Assembly (NCBI GenBank): GCA_009602735.1
Contig: WELA01002119.1
Span: forward strand, 1-64,000
DNA length: 64,000 bases
From: Mesotaenium endlicherianum
Taxonomy: Eukaryota
Reading direction: 5' to 3'
The notes below the pieces were generated by a model. That model was not told the DNA's origin. It saw only the letters and a program-made list of their open reading frames with translations, and made no database searches. Made by a program: the position numbers and the translations under genes. This document shows, piece after piece, positions 61,838 through 64,000 of the stretch. Each line of letters starts with the position of its first letter. Position 1 is the stretch's first letter.

Positions 61838-64000
61838 GACAGACTATCACAGAAGTCGAGGATCACCAAGATTAAGAAGATCCAACCTTCTCCTGGTACC
61901 TAGCTTCTTCCCCCAAGAATCCGCTGTTGCAGGTGAATGAAAGAAGGATATCGAACACCTAGCTTCTACCAAACTCAGAGGAGGAAAGTGCCTTTCGACA
62001 GACACTTTAGTAGCTGCTAAAGTCGCACACAGCTGCACTAGCCGCAGCGATCGAGAATTAGAAGAGGACACTATCAGAGTTAGAGTGTAGTGCAGAGTGT
62101 ATATTGAAGCCCCGACGCCTAGGATGCACGGCTGATTGCCAAAAGCGGATCTTGTTCCCAACTTGCTGTGAGCTCGACCGTCAACAGCCCCAGTGAGCGG
62201 AGTGAAACGGAGAAACTTGTCTAGTATGTGGATCAATGCCGATTGAAGATAAAGAAGCGTGAGAGGAAGATCCCGACCGGCCAAATATTGCAGGTGATTG
62301 CAGCTAGCGGAGGGACCTCTGAAACGAGATCGCAAACTGCAGAAGTCTTGGACTGAAGCTGGAACATACAAACGCACACGTTAATATATTTGCCCCATAC
62401 GGACGGGCATCGATGTGCTTGGTGTTCTGCCAGAAACCGCGGAAACAAGTGACCCAGATCTGAGGCTTTTTCGGGGCTCACGCAGGCTCACCGAGCATCG
62501 GAGGCAGCAGGAGCGAGCCACAGCGCGGACGAGAGGATGGAACAGCATGGAAGGATCTTCGTGCGGACATGCTGAAGTCGATGACACGACGGCATTGTCA
62601 TCCAGCTCGCCCCTACATGTGTGCTTCTTTAGAAGTCGGGTCCATTCGCGCATGTAGCGGGCAGCAGGCTGCTTCCTAATCACGCGAGCTCCACAATATA
62701 GGAGCAAAATGAAACAAGTTTCGAAAAAAAAGGAGACTGCACATGTAACCACATGTGACCCCTTATTTTTGTACAAGGTGTCTACCAAATTGTTTGATGC
62801 GTAAAGTGATATTCCGTAAATATCTACATGATCTGGCCCGATCTGTCTTCAGTACTGATCAGCCTGGATCAGCCTTCATAACCAGCACAACAGATCGAGA
62901 GGTCCTTTCTAGGCCCTAAGTGACCCTCGGTGGGCCCCGACTACGAGTAGGATCCACGAAAAATCCATCCCATTCATCATGGATGGTCAACTCATCGTAA
63001 ACGATCCTCCGAATCTGCTTGGGTCAGCTCATGATTGTCGACGAAGTTGGACACTCGAAGTGGTAAAATTGGTCTCGTCAATTGTGAACAATTGTGAAGG
63101 TGGGTGAAAATTGAAAAGCTATAAAAGCCTGGTGAAAATTGACCATCATTGACGGTCACTGTTTGATCGGCATCTCTTTCATTCTTATAGCGACCCCCTT
63201 GTAGCGACTTTTGGATGGTGGCGCTAAATAATGACTTCTTGAACGGCGTGGCTTATATAGAGTGAGATCGTATGATATTCCGGGAAATTATATTACATGC
63301 TTTCAGAAAGGGGCCACAAGCAGATTATACGCGACACTCGATGAACGAGCAAAACAAAACACGTGATTGGAACACATCAACACTTCATCGGCGGCTTAGT
63401 GATAACTTAATGACACAAGGAGGGATTTTTCAAACTTGGTGGCTATGCCTTCATGTTGAGACCCGAGAAGCTAATAAGATTCTCTAGGGGCATGCATTTT
63501 TGTTCTGCGCTGGCCATGTTCTTCACAAAGAACAAGTAGTTTGCGTGCGTCTTTGCGCCAGTTGACAACCAGCACTTCATCTTAAAGCTTAAGGAATGCC
63601 TAACGTTATGTTTGACCAATCTCTGCGTGGTAAGTCTAATATCCTCTGTGCTTTCAAGCTCTATAATGAGATCTTGACCCAAGTATCTCCCCTTGGCGAT
63701 TTCTTAAAGACAATCTGTACACAAGGATCTCCTAGTTGCTCGAGTCAGCTCTATATGAATAACTTTCTACTGAATAGCTCAAGTAGTATAACATTGTATC
63801 TCACTGCAGACCTTCTTCATAAACTACTTACATTTGAGAGTGTCATTCCTATGCTATCTCCTTTTAATACACCAAGTAATGTACTTGAATATATAACTAG
63901 TATAGTACATACTAATGTGCTCGATGTTGGAGCGCCAAGCCAACTACTTGCTAAACAAGCAGCTGCTAATCTAAAACATGTCTTCTGCGTTGTTGCCATA

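Noticed and set aside
62800..63270. DNA-transposon end upstream of FAD5 (short repeats such as TAGCGAC and GGTGAAAATTGA)
   Set aside because: Only two-copy short repeats; no TIR pair or TSD.

Overview
Eukaryotic nuclear DNA from a green plant lineage. The plant-type tRNA-Trp, PDR/ABCG, DRG and FAD5-like genes, plus introns rich in G/GT and microsatellites, suggest a streptophyte alga; this assignment is inference. (1) 1 to about 12 kb is a nest of LTR retrotransposons. An old, stop-riddled gag (element C) is split by element B (5' LTR, iMet PBS and gag, itself hit by a family-A LTR), a 918-bp solo LTR (D) carrying a tRNA-like Pol III cassette, a family-A solo LTR, and an intact 6.68-kb family-A Ty3/Gypsy chromovirus with a -1 gag-pol frameshift. 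(2) 14-41 kb holds two full-size PDR/ABCG transporter paralogs, tail-to-tail, with patchy near-identity that extends into introns. (3) Next come tRNA-Trp(CCA), an 11-exon DRG2-type GTPase gene, a decayed AT-rich block with a further family-A solo LTR, and a 6-exon plastid ADS/FAD5-like desaturase. The best candidates for something new are the tRNA-like Pol III unit inside LTR D, the mosaic LTR haplotypes of the intact element, and NBD-biased gene conversion between the inverted PDR paralogs. I cannot establish a wholly new system from sequence alone. Most short ORFs in the track are shadows of exons or introns.
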